A stretch of DNA of 64,000 nucleotides from Octopus vulgaris (Eukaryota). Below are positions 51,527-64,000 of the stretch, piece after piece (positions within the stretch are counted from its first letter, which is position 1; each line of letters opens with the position of its first letter). The translations under genes and the position numbers were made by a program. The DNA lies in assembly GCA_951406725.2 (NCBI GenBank), contig OX597817.1:139066001-139130000 (forward strand). Direction: 5' to 3'. The notes under the pieces were generated by a model. The model worked only from the letters and a program-made list of their open reading frames with translations. It did no database searches and was not told where the DNA came from.

Positions 51527-54500
51527 GTATCTTACACATTTCAACACCTATAAAAAAATAGATGTTAGTTTGTTGATATTTATACTGTTTTTTTTTGTGT
51601 TTAATATTCACCCTGAAACACTTTCAGCACTACCCTCCTCGTCTCCCCACATTCATGCTGGTCACATGAATACATCCAAACATACACACTATTATATATT
51701 CACATTCAATTTTTATCAATTTAAATTTATGAGTTATCTTCTCTTAGCTTTGTTAACCAGAATCATTAATTTTCCTCTCTTCTCATTGCAAGCACAATTT
51801 TTTTGTTTTGTTAATTACATTATTTTATTTACTGACTTCATGAAATATTATCAATAAAACACTGGGTTTCCTTGTTTTGCCTTTAACATTGATCCTTCAA
51901 AGCTCTCAAGAATACACAAAACTTGCAATCAGCTTGCAAAACTAAATAATAATTAGACAAGAGATTGTTTACCGGCAACACTATAGTAATTAATTAATTA
52001 TACTAATTATATTGCCACCTTGACTGACTTCCATGCTGGTGGTACGTAAAAAGCACCAACCAATCATGGCCACTGCCAGCCTCCCCTGGCACCTGTGCCA
52101 GTGGCACATAAAAAGCACCCACTACACTCACGGAGTGGTTGGCGTTAGGGAGGGCATCCAGCTGTAGAAACACTACCAGATCAGACTGGAGCCTGGTGCA
52201 GCCTCCTGGCTTCCCAGACCCCAGACGAACCGCCCAACCCATGCTAGCATGAAAAACAGACGTTAAACGATGATGATGACGATACTATTTAGTGTTGCAT
52301 GTAATTTTGTCACAGGAAAATTATTTACTCTACAAAATAGGATTTTCTCTCTCACTGATTGCTGATGATTTGCAATAATGTTGATTCCATCCATTTAAGA
52401 GACATGACCAAAGCCAACATGTAGGATTGCTTAAACATATTATAAAACATTGTTGTTATCCCATGTGGAACAGCACAGTTATCACAAACAAAACCAGTCT
52501 GGACTGTATCCCATGTGCCATTCAAATCCACCATCTAACTAATGTAGCAGTCCTTACCAACACATCATAACTATTTCATTGATATGCTGTACCTTCAGGT
52601 AAAACATGGAATCCCAGGAAACTGGTGCATGTCCAGGTTGGCAACAATGATAATGGTAAATCCAAGAGATTTTGTTGGTGTCAATGTTTAGTTGGGGAAG
52701 GAAGGGGGAAAATATGTAATGCTACCAGACATATCCTTCAAAGGACTCCCTTATCTCATCCTTCTGTTATGCTTCATACTTTTCTGAACTTGCAACCTTC
52801 CATTACTCAAGCTCTCTCAATGAATTTGTTCTCTCTTCATCTCTTTTGCCTCACCCACCAGATTCCTTGTGGAACACTTTGCCCAAGACTTCTTTTATAG
52901 TTGAGTTAAAAAAAAAAACGAAAATCCATAGCCATCACACACAGGCAAGAATGAGTTGGTGGTGTGTACCATGTTTTTGGCCATTGTTTTAGGTGCTAGA
53001 GTGGGCACAAAGAACTCTTTCAACCCTCCGGCTTTTGACCCAGCAAAACACAGAAAAGAATTCCAGAGAAAGAAAGAACTGTACTAGAACTCAGCTGGTA
53101 TTTATTTATACTAAGCAGTGCCTGGTCCAAGAATCGAACCCACAGTCTTATGATCCTGAGCTCAATCCCTAACCACTAGATCAGAAATAATATTTTCTAA
53201 TCACATCCATCAAACATTGATAAACAGTAATTTTCACTCCACACCAATCTTGTCTGTGATTTGAATGCATCACCTGTAGATTCCATCCGTTGACACATGC
53301 ATGCTCATGTCATTTGTACCTGGTGTTTTATATGCAGTGGATTCAATCTTGTATTGCATTGTTTTTTGTGTTCTGTCTTAATTGCAAGAACAAATACACC
53401 ACTTGATAATGGTATATGTTTGCACTAATGTGTACCCTAGGGTGATGTCCCCAACCCTCATATATGAGATACTGGCCCCCATCTCAAAAGTCTTAAAACA
53501 AGGTGATAATAACTATTAAAGGCAGGGTTCTCCAGATGAGATATGATATATTTATCACTGCTCCAGAAGAGGCCAGGATCTCTATCAATGTTGTTGCCTG
53601 TACCCATAAATAACTTTCTGCTGGTTTGACAATCATTTCTCTTCCAGGTCTCAGGTCAATCCAACCACCCTTGGTTCACATGAAACAGCTGTAAACTCAG
53701 AGTACCTATTCAAGAGTTCTCCACCTAATCTCATGATGTTTTTACTTTCACTGTTGAGTATACATGTGAAGTACTCATTTCTCTCTTTAATGTGAGTGTT
53801 GTCCAAAGTAGCATGAGAGGACACTCAAAAGGCTGTCTGGACTGACCTTATACTTCTGTGTGTACATGTATGTGTGTATGCGTTCACTTTTGCATTTATT
53901 TATTTGTATTCTTCCCAGAAGGGAGGAGCTGGTTTCTAACAAGGAAACAAGGTCTATCACAGAACAACCATAATTGTTACATATTGAGCTTTAAGAAAGT
54001 CTTGCATATTTTTACTGTACCACTTACAGATTATGTCTGTAAAAGATTTGTCAGCCAGTCTCTTTCTAGTTTGTCCCAATTGCTACTTAGACATTTATCA
54101 GCATAATTAAATAAACTAATTGATATAAATTTGAATATATATGTATGGATGTCATATATATATTCTGTTATTCGTTTCAGTCATTTGACTGTAGCCATGC
54201 TGGAGCACTGCATTCAGTTGAAGAAATCAACCCCAGGACTTATACTTTGTAAGCCTAGTACTTATTCTATCAGTCACTTTTGCCGAACCGCTAAGTTACG
54301 GGGTTGTAAACACAGCAACATCGATTGTCAAGCAATGGGACAAACACAGTTGCAAAAACACATACATGTACACAGACACACACACACACTCACACATATA
54401 CGACGGGCTTCTTTCCAAATGCACTCAAAAGCCTTGGTCAGCCCAAGGCTATAGTGGAAGACACTTTCTCAAAGTGCCACGCAATGGGACTGAACCTGGA

Positions 54501-54751
54501 ACCATGTGGTAAAGAAGCAACACCTGCGATATATGCATATATATATATACATACATATGCGTGTGTTATAATTCAGGTTTATATTAATATTTTTATGTAT
54601 AATTATATATAAAAGTCAAGCACATAAACGTGCGTACACACACACACACACACACATATAATCAGTCAGTTGTTCATAAATCAAAAAAGTACACTCAAAA
54701 GAATCTTTTGAGCAGTAGTATTAAATGTAGTTGTTGATAATGGCCGGTAGA

Positions 54752-54807
54752 AAGTTACCATTAGTTTCACACACGCTCTTAAGCAATATCAACGACTCGT
54801 CAGACCT
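54752..54807 (-). ncRNA. Type I hammerhead ribozyme motif
   Basis: Reverse complement AGGT-CTGACGA-G...GCTTAAGAGC...T-GAAA-CTAATGG-TA-ACTT. Confidence 0.7.
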
Positions 54808-55319
54808 GCTGGCTGGAAGCATATAACCTCCTTATGAATAGTGGTAAGAATACAGTTTTGTTTAGCCAGAGTTTAAAAAAAAAACCCTGTAACGAAATTC
54901 TTTGGAGCGAAACCTCGCTGGACAAGATAAAGTTATCTCCCTTTGACTGGTTCCAGTTGTGTCTGAAACGGGACAGTTTATGCATGATTTCTGTTCGCTA
55001 GTCAACGAGCAAGAAATTTCATATCTTCAGTAGGAATTTTCTCTCATGAGGGCACCGATTAAACATCTTACTTTCCGAATTTAAAAATTTCCCCGACCCC
55101 ACTAAGGTTAAGCATTTCACGCAATCCCATATGTACAGATGATTATTTAATTGACACAATTTAAGGGTCTCATTCAGTTGTGTGCCTAGTATTTTAGTGA
55201 ACACTGCACACAAGCAGGAGCCTCATGTAGGCTTAACAATGAGTTCTCAGTAGTTGGTCGATACAACGCCGAGGCTGTGGTCTACGTAGCAGAAGTGGTG
55301 TCCAGCAGCAACAACAGTG

Positions 55320-55690
55320 GGGGCGCAATGGCCCAATGGTTAGGGCAGCGGACTCGCAGTCGGAGGATCGCAGTTTCGATTCCCAGACTGGGCGTTGTGT
55401 GTGTTTATTGAGCGAAAACACCTAAAGCTCCACGACGCTCCGGCAGGGGGCGGTGGCGACCCCTGTTGTACTCTTTCGCCCCCCAACTTTCTTTCACTCT
55501 TTCTTCCTGTTTCTTGTCCCTGACTTCCTACGCAACCGCTGAGCCTGGATGCGCATTCATCCATCCGTCGATGCTCTCGGTGTCGAGGGTTGACCTGCTT
55601 TCTCTTCTGCGGGTCTTACGAATAGCAAAGGACCACGTTTCAGACTTCTCCCATCTTGCGAGCTCTGGGACGTAGACCGTTGGCTCAACA
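55320..55690 (+). mobile_element. SINE family C, second copy, followed by a (CAR)-rich microsatellite to about 55880
   Basis: Aligns along its length with 24845-25194. Confidence 0.88.
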
Positions 55691-56442
55691 GTAACAACAG
55701 CAACAACAACACCAATAATGCATCCGACAGTAACAGCAGCAACAACAACAGCACCAACAACGTAGCCAACAGTAACAGCAGCAATGGCAGTGATAGCAGC
55801 AGCAACAACAACAACGACAGTAGTGGTAGAACCAGCAACATGTCTGACTGTAACAGCCGCAACAGCAGCACCACAATAAGGTAGAGACACATACACAGAA
55901 ATATGTTGGAGGAACGGAAGACCCCTTTAAGTGACAACTAAATAACCAGAGGTCCTCTTTTAGGATCTCAGAGAGAAGCAATGTTACGTCTTTGACCAAC
56001 TACATATGATGTTTAAAAGAGTACACCATACAGGATTAAATGGAAATTCCTGGAATGACTTGGATCATACCTCAACGGGAGCAGATGATGCAAACTTTGT
56101 TTGGCCAAGATAACAAGGATCCTAAAAAAATAGCTTGAACTGGGGATCTGCTTAAGTTCCAAAAGGGAGATATTTAGCCGGTGCCCTAATGAGAGAAAAT
56201 TCATGTTGAAGACATTGAATTCCTTGCTTGCTGACTAACAAACAGAAATCATACTTAAACAGAACTTTTTCAGACAACTAGAACCAGTCAAAAGGTAGAT
56301 AACTCTATCTTGGCCAGAAAGGGTTCCCTTTTGAAGAATTTCGTTTCAGGATTTAATTTTAATTTTTTTTTTTTACAACCCTGGCTAACCGAAACTGTAT
56401 TCTTACCTCCATTAGTAAGGAGGTTATGTGCCTCCAGCCAGC

Positions 56443-56500
56443 AGGTCTGATGAGTCGCCAATATTGCTTAAGAGCATATGTGCGAAACCAAAGGTAACTT
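56443..56500 (+). ncRNA. Type I hammerhead ribozyme motif
   Basis: AGGT-CTGATGA-G...TGCTTAAGAGCA...C-GAAA-CCAAAGG-TA-ACTT: intact core, stem III ACC/GGT, GUA triplet. Confidence 0.75.
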
Positions 56501-58193
56501 TCTGACCGGCCATAGCCAACGACTACATTATACACACACACACACACACACGCATTGTGGGTGGGGAGAGAGCTGTAATTAGATATTTTCGTTAATCTAT
56601 GACTATTGGGTCGTAAGACATGAAATACAATCTGTTCGTAGTAACTTAGAAATTCGGAAATCCTGTGAGTAATAAATAGAATAAGATAAGAACGTGAATT
56701 GCATCATGAGTAGAATCAACAGCGGCGGTGGCGGTGGTAAGGTTGTTGAAATGCTCAGTAAGTACTACTTTGATAGGCAAAAACCTATTGAAGTTCGCCA
56801 GACGAACCATTCATTCTACTGAAGTTGCTGTCCTACCAAAATTTAGGACTTCAAAGACACGTAGATTTCTTGTAGTATAATTCTTTCACGACTGATATAC
56901 TTTGTAGTATTATTTAGTCAAGATCCCCACCCCTCCAGCACCTGAATGGTTCTTTATTTTTTTTTTTTTATCACAGAACTTTGGTAGTATTTTATTTTAT
57001 CGGCCTGCAGATCGGCGAGAAACGAAGGGAGGATTAGGGAGATTTGTGCACCGAACGAAAAGGGTTGCCAACTAAATACCTATTTCTTTACTACCCACAA
57101 GGGGCTAAACACAGAGAGGACAAACAAGGACAGACAAATGGATTAAGTCGATTATATCGACCCCAGTGCGTAACTGGTACTTATTTAATCGATCCCGAAA
57201 GGATGAAAGGCAAAGTCGACCTCGGCGGAATTTGAACTCAGAACGTAACGACAGACGAAATACGGCTACGCATTTCACCCAGCCTGCTAACGCTTCTGCC
57301 AGCTCGCCGCCTTATCCAATTAAATACCACGAGGCATTTAATGATATTTCTGGCCAATGCAGGAGTGGCTGTGTGGTAAGTAGCTTGTTTACCAGCCACA
57401 TGGTTCCGGGTTCAGTCCCACTGCGTGGCACCTTGGGCAACTGTCTTCTACTATAGCCTCGGGGCGACGAAAGCCTTGTGAGTGGATTTAGTAGATGGAA
57501 ACTGAAAGAAGCCTGTCGTATATATGTATATATATATATGTATGTGTATGTATATGTTTGTGTGTCTGTGTTTGTCCCTCTAGCATTGCTTGACAACCGA
57601 TGCTGGTGTGTTTATGTCCCCGTCACTTAGCGGTTCGGCAAAAGAGACCGATAGAATAAGTACTGGGCTTACAAAGAATAAGTCCCGGGGTCGATTTGCT
57701 CGACTAAAGGCGGTGCTCCAGCATGGCCGCAGTCAACTGACTTGAAACAAGTAAAAGAGTAAAGAGTATTGCCAGTTGTCTTCGTTTTAAAGATACCAGA
57801 GACTTCAAAGATAAAAAGGAGTCGAGATCGAAGAAAACTGGAGCATGGAGTGGAGTGGTGGTGGTGGGGGGGGCAAACCTGTAGAGTGAAAGTTGATTAG
57901 ATTATTTACAGCTGTGAGTCGGGGAAGTGGAATTTGACGTTTCAGAAACTGGTTCTCCACCTCTGAGAACCAAAAATGTTTTAATATAGAGATTTGGTTG
58001 GGGGGTGGGGGTCCTTCTACACTGGACAATCAAACGACGACAATGTAAGGAGCGTTTTTTTTTGTTGGTCCCAATAATGTTTTCTTGGTGAATGCCCTGG
58101 CACCGTAACCAATTGTATAAGGAGTGGTTTATTGATAACCTGTGAGTCAGAGTGGCCTTTTCAATATCTATTCACACACACACAGGCATCTAC

Positions 58194-58230
<37 letters not shown>

Positions 58231-58269
58231 TAATATATATATACTCACATATAGACATATATAGATGTG

Positions 58270-58313
<44 letters not shown>

Positions 58314-59446
58314 AACATAAATGTATGTATATATATATATATACAAACATAAATGTATGTATATATATATATATATACAAACATAAATGTATGTATACAC
58401 ATATACGTATACGTATACTGCCATACATATACATACTGTCATATACGTACATACATACATACAGATATACGCGTCCATACACATCGGCTCAGATGCTTAA
58501 TGCTGTCGTTTAAAAATCAACAGAATAAAAAGAGAAGAAAAGGTTTTGTGTCTTTGTTAACGACTGGTTCTTATTCTTTCACAGCAGCGACACCCAAACA
58601 AATATTAAGGAGAAATATAGTTTCATACACACACACGCACACACACACACACACGCACACACGTACGCACACGCAATGTAGAAGTCTTTTCATATCATTA
58701 TTTGTCTTCTCAAAGGAAGTCTCGTGTCAACACGGCTCATCTAAATGGTATACTACCTGAGCTTTACCTTGTATACATACATACATACGTATATATATAT
58801 ATATATATATGGTAGCTGTATTGTATTTCTAGACGATGTGTATTTATGTTTACACAAATATACAAACACATGCATATATATATAAACTATGGCTATATTG
58901 TATTTGTGTGTACGTATGCCGGGTGTATATGTGCGTATATGTAAGTATGGTGTTTAAATGCTATAAAAACACGTTTAGACATAAACGACATTAAACTAGA
59001 TAACTTATGAAAGAAAAGAAAGAAAGAAGAGAGGCAAAAGGGGAGGGGGCCAAAGGAGCCGATGTGAAAGAGGAATGAAAACGACATGGTTACTCGGCTC
59101 ATAGACACAGCTGGGTTTTTTTTTTCTTTTTTTTTTCTGGAAAATAATCCCAGAAATTACCACTTCTTGTCATTGAAAGGTCAGGATACGGAGTGAAGTT
59201 TGACAACTGGATTCAGTCATCACTAGAACTCCGAAATGCATAAACTTCAGCCGGGATTTCAATTTTATTTTCATATATAACATATAAACATGTACAACCT
59301 TTAGAACATTGTCATTTTATAAGATTTTGTTGGCAATTTCTTAAATTAACATAAACATTTATTTACGTGAAAGAAAATTACCGGAGAACTTTCTTCTAAT
59401 CCTTCCAAATCTTTCTATGGAGACCGTATTGAAACCATTTGAGAAT

Positions 59447-59830
59447 TTTTTTTTTTTTTTTTTTTATCAGAGCAACTGGTCGCACACCATAAGGTTTAAC
59501 AGAACCTACTGAAGCAAGCCAGCACGCTCGCAGCATTGCCACGGGCGATGGCGAGGCTAAGGGTGTTGTGAAAGCCAAGTGCCCTCACGGGCATCACCTG
59601 ACACCTCAGTGAGGTGAGCTGCCGACGATGACAAGAACTTCGCAGTTAGTAGCCCAGTCCCTCCGAACGTCTCAAATGCCACAGGTTGGAAGAGATGGTT
59701 CACTGTCAGGTCCTGATACTTCAGGGTTTTCTTCCGTTCGGCTACGGAAGCAGTGACCCTGCCATTAACTGCAGCATCCAGGATGTGGGAGGGAGCAAAG
59801 GAATCGCAGACTGTGGTGTCCCAAATAAGA
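59447..59830 (-). mobile_element. CRE-clade LINE 3' end (restriction-like endonuclease) with poly(A) tail
   Basis: LIWDTTVCDSFA...AERKKTLKYQDL...FQPVAFETFG...SGDARE..WLSQ, then frameshifted AIARGNAASVL; T-run at 59447-59465. Confidence 0.82.
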
Positions 59831-60963
59831 CCCCCTACCTCTAGCCCAGGACAGTGGGTAAGACCACTGTCTCCTAATATAAGCCTACAGTAATAGTTCA
59901 CATATCCCAGTTCGGTGATTGCCATTGTTGTTGTTATATATATATAATGTTAGTATTAAAGGAAGTAGTGAGTACTTAGTATGAAAGATTAAGAAAATGA
60001 GAGAGACTGAAAAAACGTGTTAACGATACGAGATACTTTATTAGACTGCCGTTGTTGTACAAGGTATTTGTTGTGGCGGGAAACTTACTGAATGTCCTTG
60101 TATCAAGGGAGACAATGGGCAACGTTGATTGTTCATGTTTGTTGTGATGATTACATAACAGCCATATTTGTTAGTCTTGTAATTGTAACTAGTGAGAAGT
60201 TAAGAAGAGTTTATTGGCCCCAATAAAATTGATAATAATTATGCCCCTCTCGCCGTTTATAGGGAACAACTGCCGAAAATATAGGTGAAAAGATGGTGAA
60301 TCATAAAAAAATATACTGTGCTTTGGTTGTCTCTGTTTGTGATGCAAACAGCACAAAGTTGGTGTCTTTTTTTTATTATTATCTTTAAACAATGTCCAAA
60401 GAAATTATTGCTGTTAATGTATTTGTTGCATCACACGAAGTGAATGAACGAAAATATTGTGAAAAACTGTGACTGGAGAAAGTGTGGTCAGAGGGTCCAA
60501 GTTGTTGGCCAACAGCATTATTAGTGCGGGACCAGTTCCCAGCTAACAAATGAGAAGCAACAAAGGGGAAACCTGAGTGATTGATAGAAACTAAACAATC
60601 TGTTGTTCTGACAGTTCAACTTTATTGTTGTAATCCCTGGACATTTCAAACAAACAAGTTATTCAAATGTTTTATTCAAAATGAGTGGAGTATGGCGATG
60701 CTTGCTTTTAGTAGGTGACTGCTTTTAGTAACTTCAAGTAGAACGACTGAAGCATCCTGTTGCTACGCAGGCAAGTTCGTTAGGGAAGTCGTTATAGGAA
60801 GCTGTAAAAGTAAAATACACACACACAGCTTTAATAAATGTGGAATTGCTAATGCAATGGCTGATACAGAAGATGGACTTCTGTCTGAAGATATCAAAAA
60901 TACAGAAACAACTGACGATAGTAATGGTGGTGGTGGTGGTGATGGCGGCGGTAGTAGTGACTA

Positions 60964-61294
60964 TCCGGGACCCCCTTCGGTCACGACACTGACCATGGGA
61001 TTGCACCTAGAAAGTTACCCTCCTAGTCACAAGTCTGGGCATGGTTGTTTATGGAAGACCAGCAGTCGCCCATGCATACCGGCCTCCACTCTCCACGCCA
61101 CCAGTGTTATCCAAGGGAAAGGCAAAGGCCAATACAGCTTGGCACTCGTGACGTCGCAACTCATTTCTACAGCTGAGACCTGGAGCAACGTGAAATAAAG
61201 TGTCTTGCTCAAGAACACAACACGCAGCCCGGTCCGGGATTCGAGCTCACGATCGTAAGCTCGACGCTCTAACCACTGAGCCATGCGCCTTCAC
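60964..61294 (-). mobile_element. Full-length tRNA-derived SINE family D with 11-bp TSD
   Basis: TGGCTCAGTGG A box, CTCGAATCC B box, GTGTTCTTGAGCAAGACACTT central domain; AGTAGTGACTA at 60953-60963 and 61295-61305; related old fragment at about 3790-3970. Confidence 0.9.
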
Positions 61295-61444
61295 AGTAGT
61301 GACTAATGTGTTAATAAGACATTAGTATTTTTAGACACTAAATTAAGTAGTCTTATTTGTGGCAGTCTCGGGAAATATATTTTATTATAAAGATAAGTCT
61401 TAGACTACAAATACAAGGGGACCATTTTCATTGACTCTCTCTCC

Positions 61445-61647
61445 TTCAGTGTAAGCATGTGGTTTGTGGGGTCAAACGCGTCCTCCGCTTCATTTTTTTT
61501 GTTAATCACTCATTCTCATTTAATTGTATATATTTTAATTGTTTGTTTCTTCATACGTTTCGTCTCATTCGATACCCTGACCCCAATGTTTGTTTTGTCT
61601 GTCCTCGTATCGTCCCCTCTTTTTCTCAACCTTATGGTGAATAAAGA

Positions 61648-61709
<62 letters not shown>
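61445..61709 (+). repeat. Retroposon 3'-UTR fragment ending AATAAAGAAAT followed by (CT)n
   Basis: 61590-61650 resembles the 3' tail of SINE family B; TC repeats on both sides. Confidence 0.5.
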
Positions 61710-61712
<3 letters not shown>

Positions 61713-63179
61713 TAGTGCTGCTCTCCAACTGAATACAAGGCTATCATTGTAGATGCATTACTGATCCCTACTGTATACAAGGGCAATCGGTGGGGTACAC
61801 GGGTGGTGAGGAATACTTGGGAATACTTCTTGCACGTCTGCACGGAATCCTAATCTTGATAAACGCTGTATACAGTTTATATCGATCAGGCAATTTCGTT
61901 AATCCATAACTATTTTGTGGTAGATTAAATATTTTTATACGAATTAAATCTATCGAATATTCATAAATTGTTGTAACAAATCTTTCTCCGAAATATACCA
62001 TGTTAAATACAGGGATTTGCTTTATCCCTTGTGTATGTTTTGCCACCCTTTAGATGCGGTTTACAATCAACTAGGGTATGGGGGCCCCCTCTTGTTTCAT
62101 TTGACAGTTTTCATTGTCACCAACGACACCAACACTACAACCAACACCACCACCATCAACAACAACAACACTAGCACTACCCTCACAGCAACTGCCATGA
62201 CCACCACGACGACAACGAGAAACGGAAACTACATCCAACACTCCCGAAAAAACCACCACCAACTCCTCCAATATCACTTTCAACGAGACAACGTAGAAGC
62301 CGCGATCTGTTAGAAATAGCAGCTAAATTTCCCTGATATCATACCCTGCAGTGTGAATAAAGGACACTGAACAATGTACTCGAAGATATAGTGTCTAAAA
62401 CATAGGTGATGGCCTCAGATGGAACGCCATTGATAATAGATCTAAGTCAAAACTGCTAAACAGCATTAACCTCCACACCACTACCACCACCATCACTACT
62501 ACTACTGCTACAAACTACCACCCCAATCACCACCCAGTATCACCATACCAATAACCCCAGGCTATCACCACTGGCACCGTCACAACTAGCAATAACACTT
62601 AAAAATATCTCCCACCCCACCTCAACGCATACACATCACCAGACCGCCAACACGCTACCACCGCCATCACCCCCAACACCACTCCGCCACTTGGGAGGTT
62701 CTCTGTACTGTTGGTTTCACACATTTCTTGCCCCTTGGCTTTGAATTAGTCCCGCTTTTCAAACACTTCACCCTTTCAGACTTACTTTTCTTTGTATGTC
62801 TCTGTAGAGGAGGGCGTGGGCTTTGTGAGTGTGAAGGGCATGTGTGTGTGTGTGTGAAGTACATATGTGTGTGTGTGTGTGTGTGTGCGTACATTTTATA
62901 TTATATATAACATACATACAATATATACGCATATACTCATATGTAACATACATAATATAGAAATTGAATAGGTATGAATGTATATAACATGCGCAATATA
63001 TATATATGTTTGTGTGTGTGTGTAAACCTATGTAGCAGGCATACAAATTTAACAAATTATTCGTAGAATGAAAGAATTATGAACAGCCTTAATCGATTTT
63101 CACACCTTATTGGAGTCTCGTCAGAGGTGTTGACACCGCTTGATCAATTCCAATTTACCAATCTGTTTATGTACACTCT

Positions 63180-63241
<62 letters not shown>

Positions 63242-64000
63242 CATTTCGGTCGTCCATAGTCTATAGACTGACGTGTGCAACTCCTTGTCAAATTGGAGTT
63301 AATTAAATTTCACCGACGATTAAAATAAACTTGTGCAGGTCCATATTTAATGCGCTCGTGTACAGGTTTTTTCTTATTCCAATACCCCCAAAATATAAAC
63401 TCCTTAAAACCCCTTCATCAAAATTTGCAAATTCACTGATATCAATAACTGTCCACTCAACAATAACTGTCTTGCTAAGGGCATTATGTAAAAATATACA
63501 GTTACAACGAACTCCTCCCCTAGGCCTATTTCTGAATGACTTCCAACCGCTTTAAACTGCGATACAACTCTCACAACTATTCCTTTGGACACTCCACTAG
63601 ATTATACCAAATCTCCCTAACCACCCACAAACACAAACTAAAAGGCAAATCTAGTCAAATTCCAGTCACTCTTTACAGAGTGACTGGAAAATACAACAAA
63701 AATATGAAAGCAACGGGTTATGTAACCTAAAAAAATTCTTAGCAACAAGAGCAGAAGATGTTTTTTAAGAATAGCCAGAGTGCACTGGAAATGGCAATAA
63801 GATGCCATAAGTCTCTGTTGTGATTGTACTAAGTTGCATAACGTACTATTTTGCATAAACTGTTGTAAGAAATAGGATCACGCTTGGTCGTATCGTGTAG
63901 GAAATACGATTGCACGCGGTTCTACTCTTAACGAATTATTCAAAGCCATAAAATACATACAAACGATAATAGAACATAAGTGAATTGACACAAGTCTTCT

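Larger units (their letters stand above)
54661..56529. mobile_element. Penelope-like element remnant with inverted pLTRs (arms about 54724-55110 and 56130-56529)
   Basis: Both arms encode a GIY-YIG-type C-terminus (FLNSESKMFNRCPHERKFLL*; CKLCLAK...LLSSKREIFSRCPNERKFML) followed by a hammerhead; flanked by TA(CA)n on both sides. Confidence 0.82.

Noticed and set aside
55528-55999. Poly-Leu/Val/Cys ORFs on the minus strand
   Set aside because: They are translations of a CAA/CAG microsatellite and a SINE.
63240-63370. CpG-rich unique stretch with TAATTA sites as a possible enhancer or mini-exon
   Set aside because: Cannot be supported without conservation or chromatin data.

Overview
AT-rich, repeat-dense animal genomic DNA. 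The SINE/RTE families and microsatellite load look like an octopus (inferred from family recognition, not from a database search). The only host protein-coding gene I can support is ORC5 (origin recognition complex subunit 5) on the + strand. It has 13 GT-AG coding exons between 5090 and 37673 that splice in frame to 416 aa plus stop; the first coding exon lies upstream of the window. Everything else is mobile-element debris: RTE LINEs and their 3'-tail derivatives, CR1, R4/Dong, HERO-like, CRE-like and Tx1-like LINE fragments, at least four tRNA-derived SINE families, a full-length dead mariner, TTAA MITEs, a tRNA-Pro pseudogene, and Penelope-like element (PLE) remnants. The most striking unexplained structure is an architecture that recurs six times in several unrelated sequence families: a long palindrome, a one-sided extension of about 55-90 bp, and a flanking direct repeat (12-14 bp, or a microsatellite in two cases). 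In five of the six, hammerhead-ribozyme (HHR) or HHR-like motifs lie in the arms. The largest example (54.6-56.5 kb) still carries PLE GIY-YIG C-terminal remnants, which ties the short palindromes to Penelope-type retrotransposition. Most ORFs in the supplied track are spurious translations of repeats.
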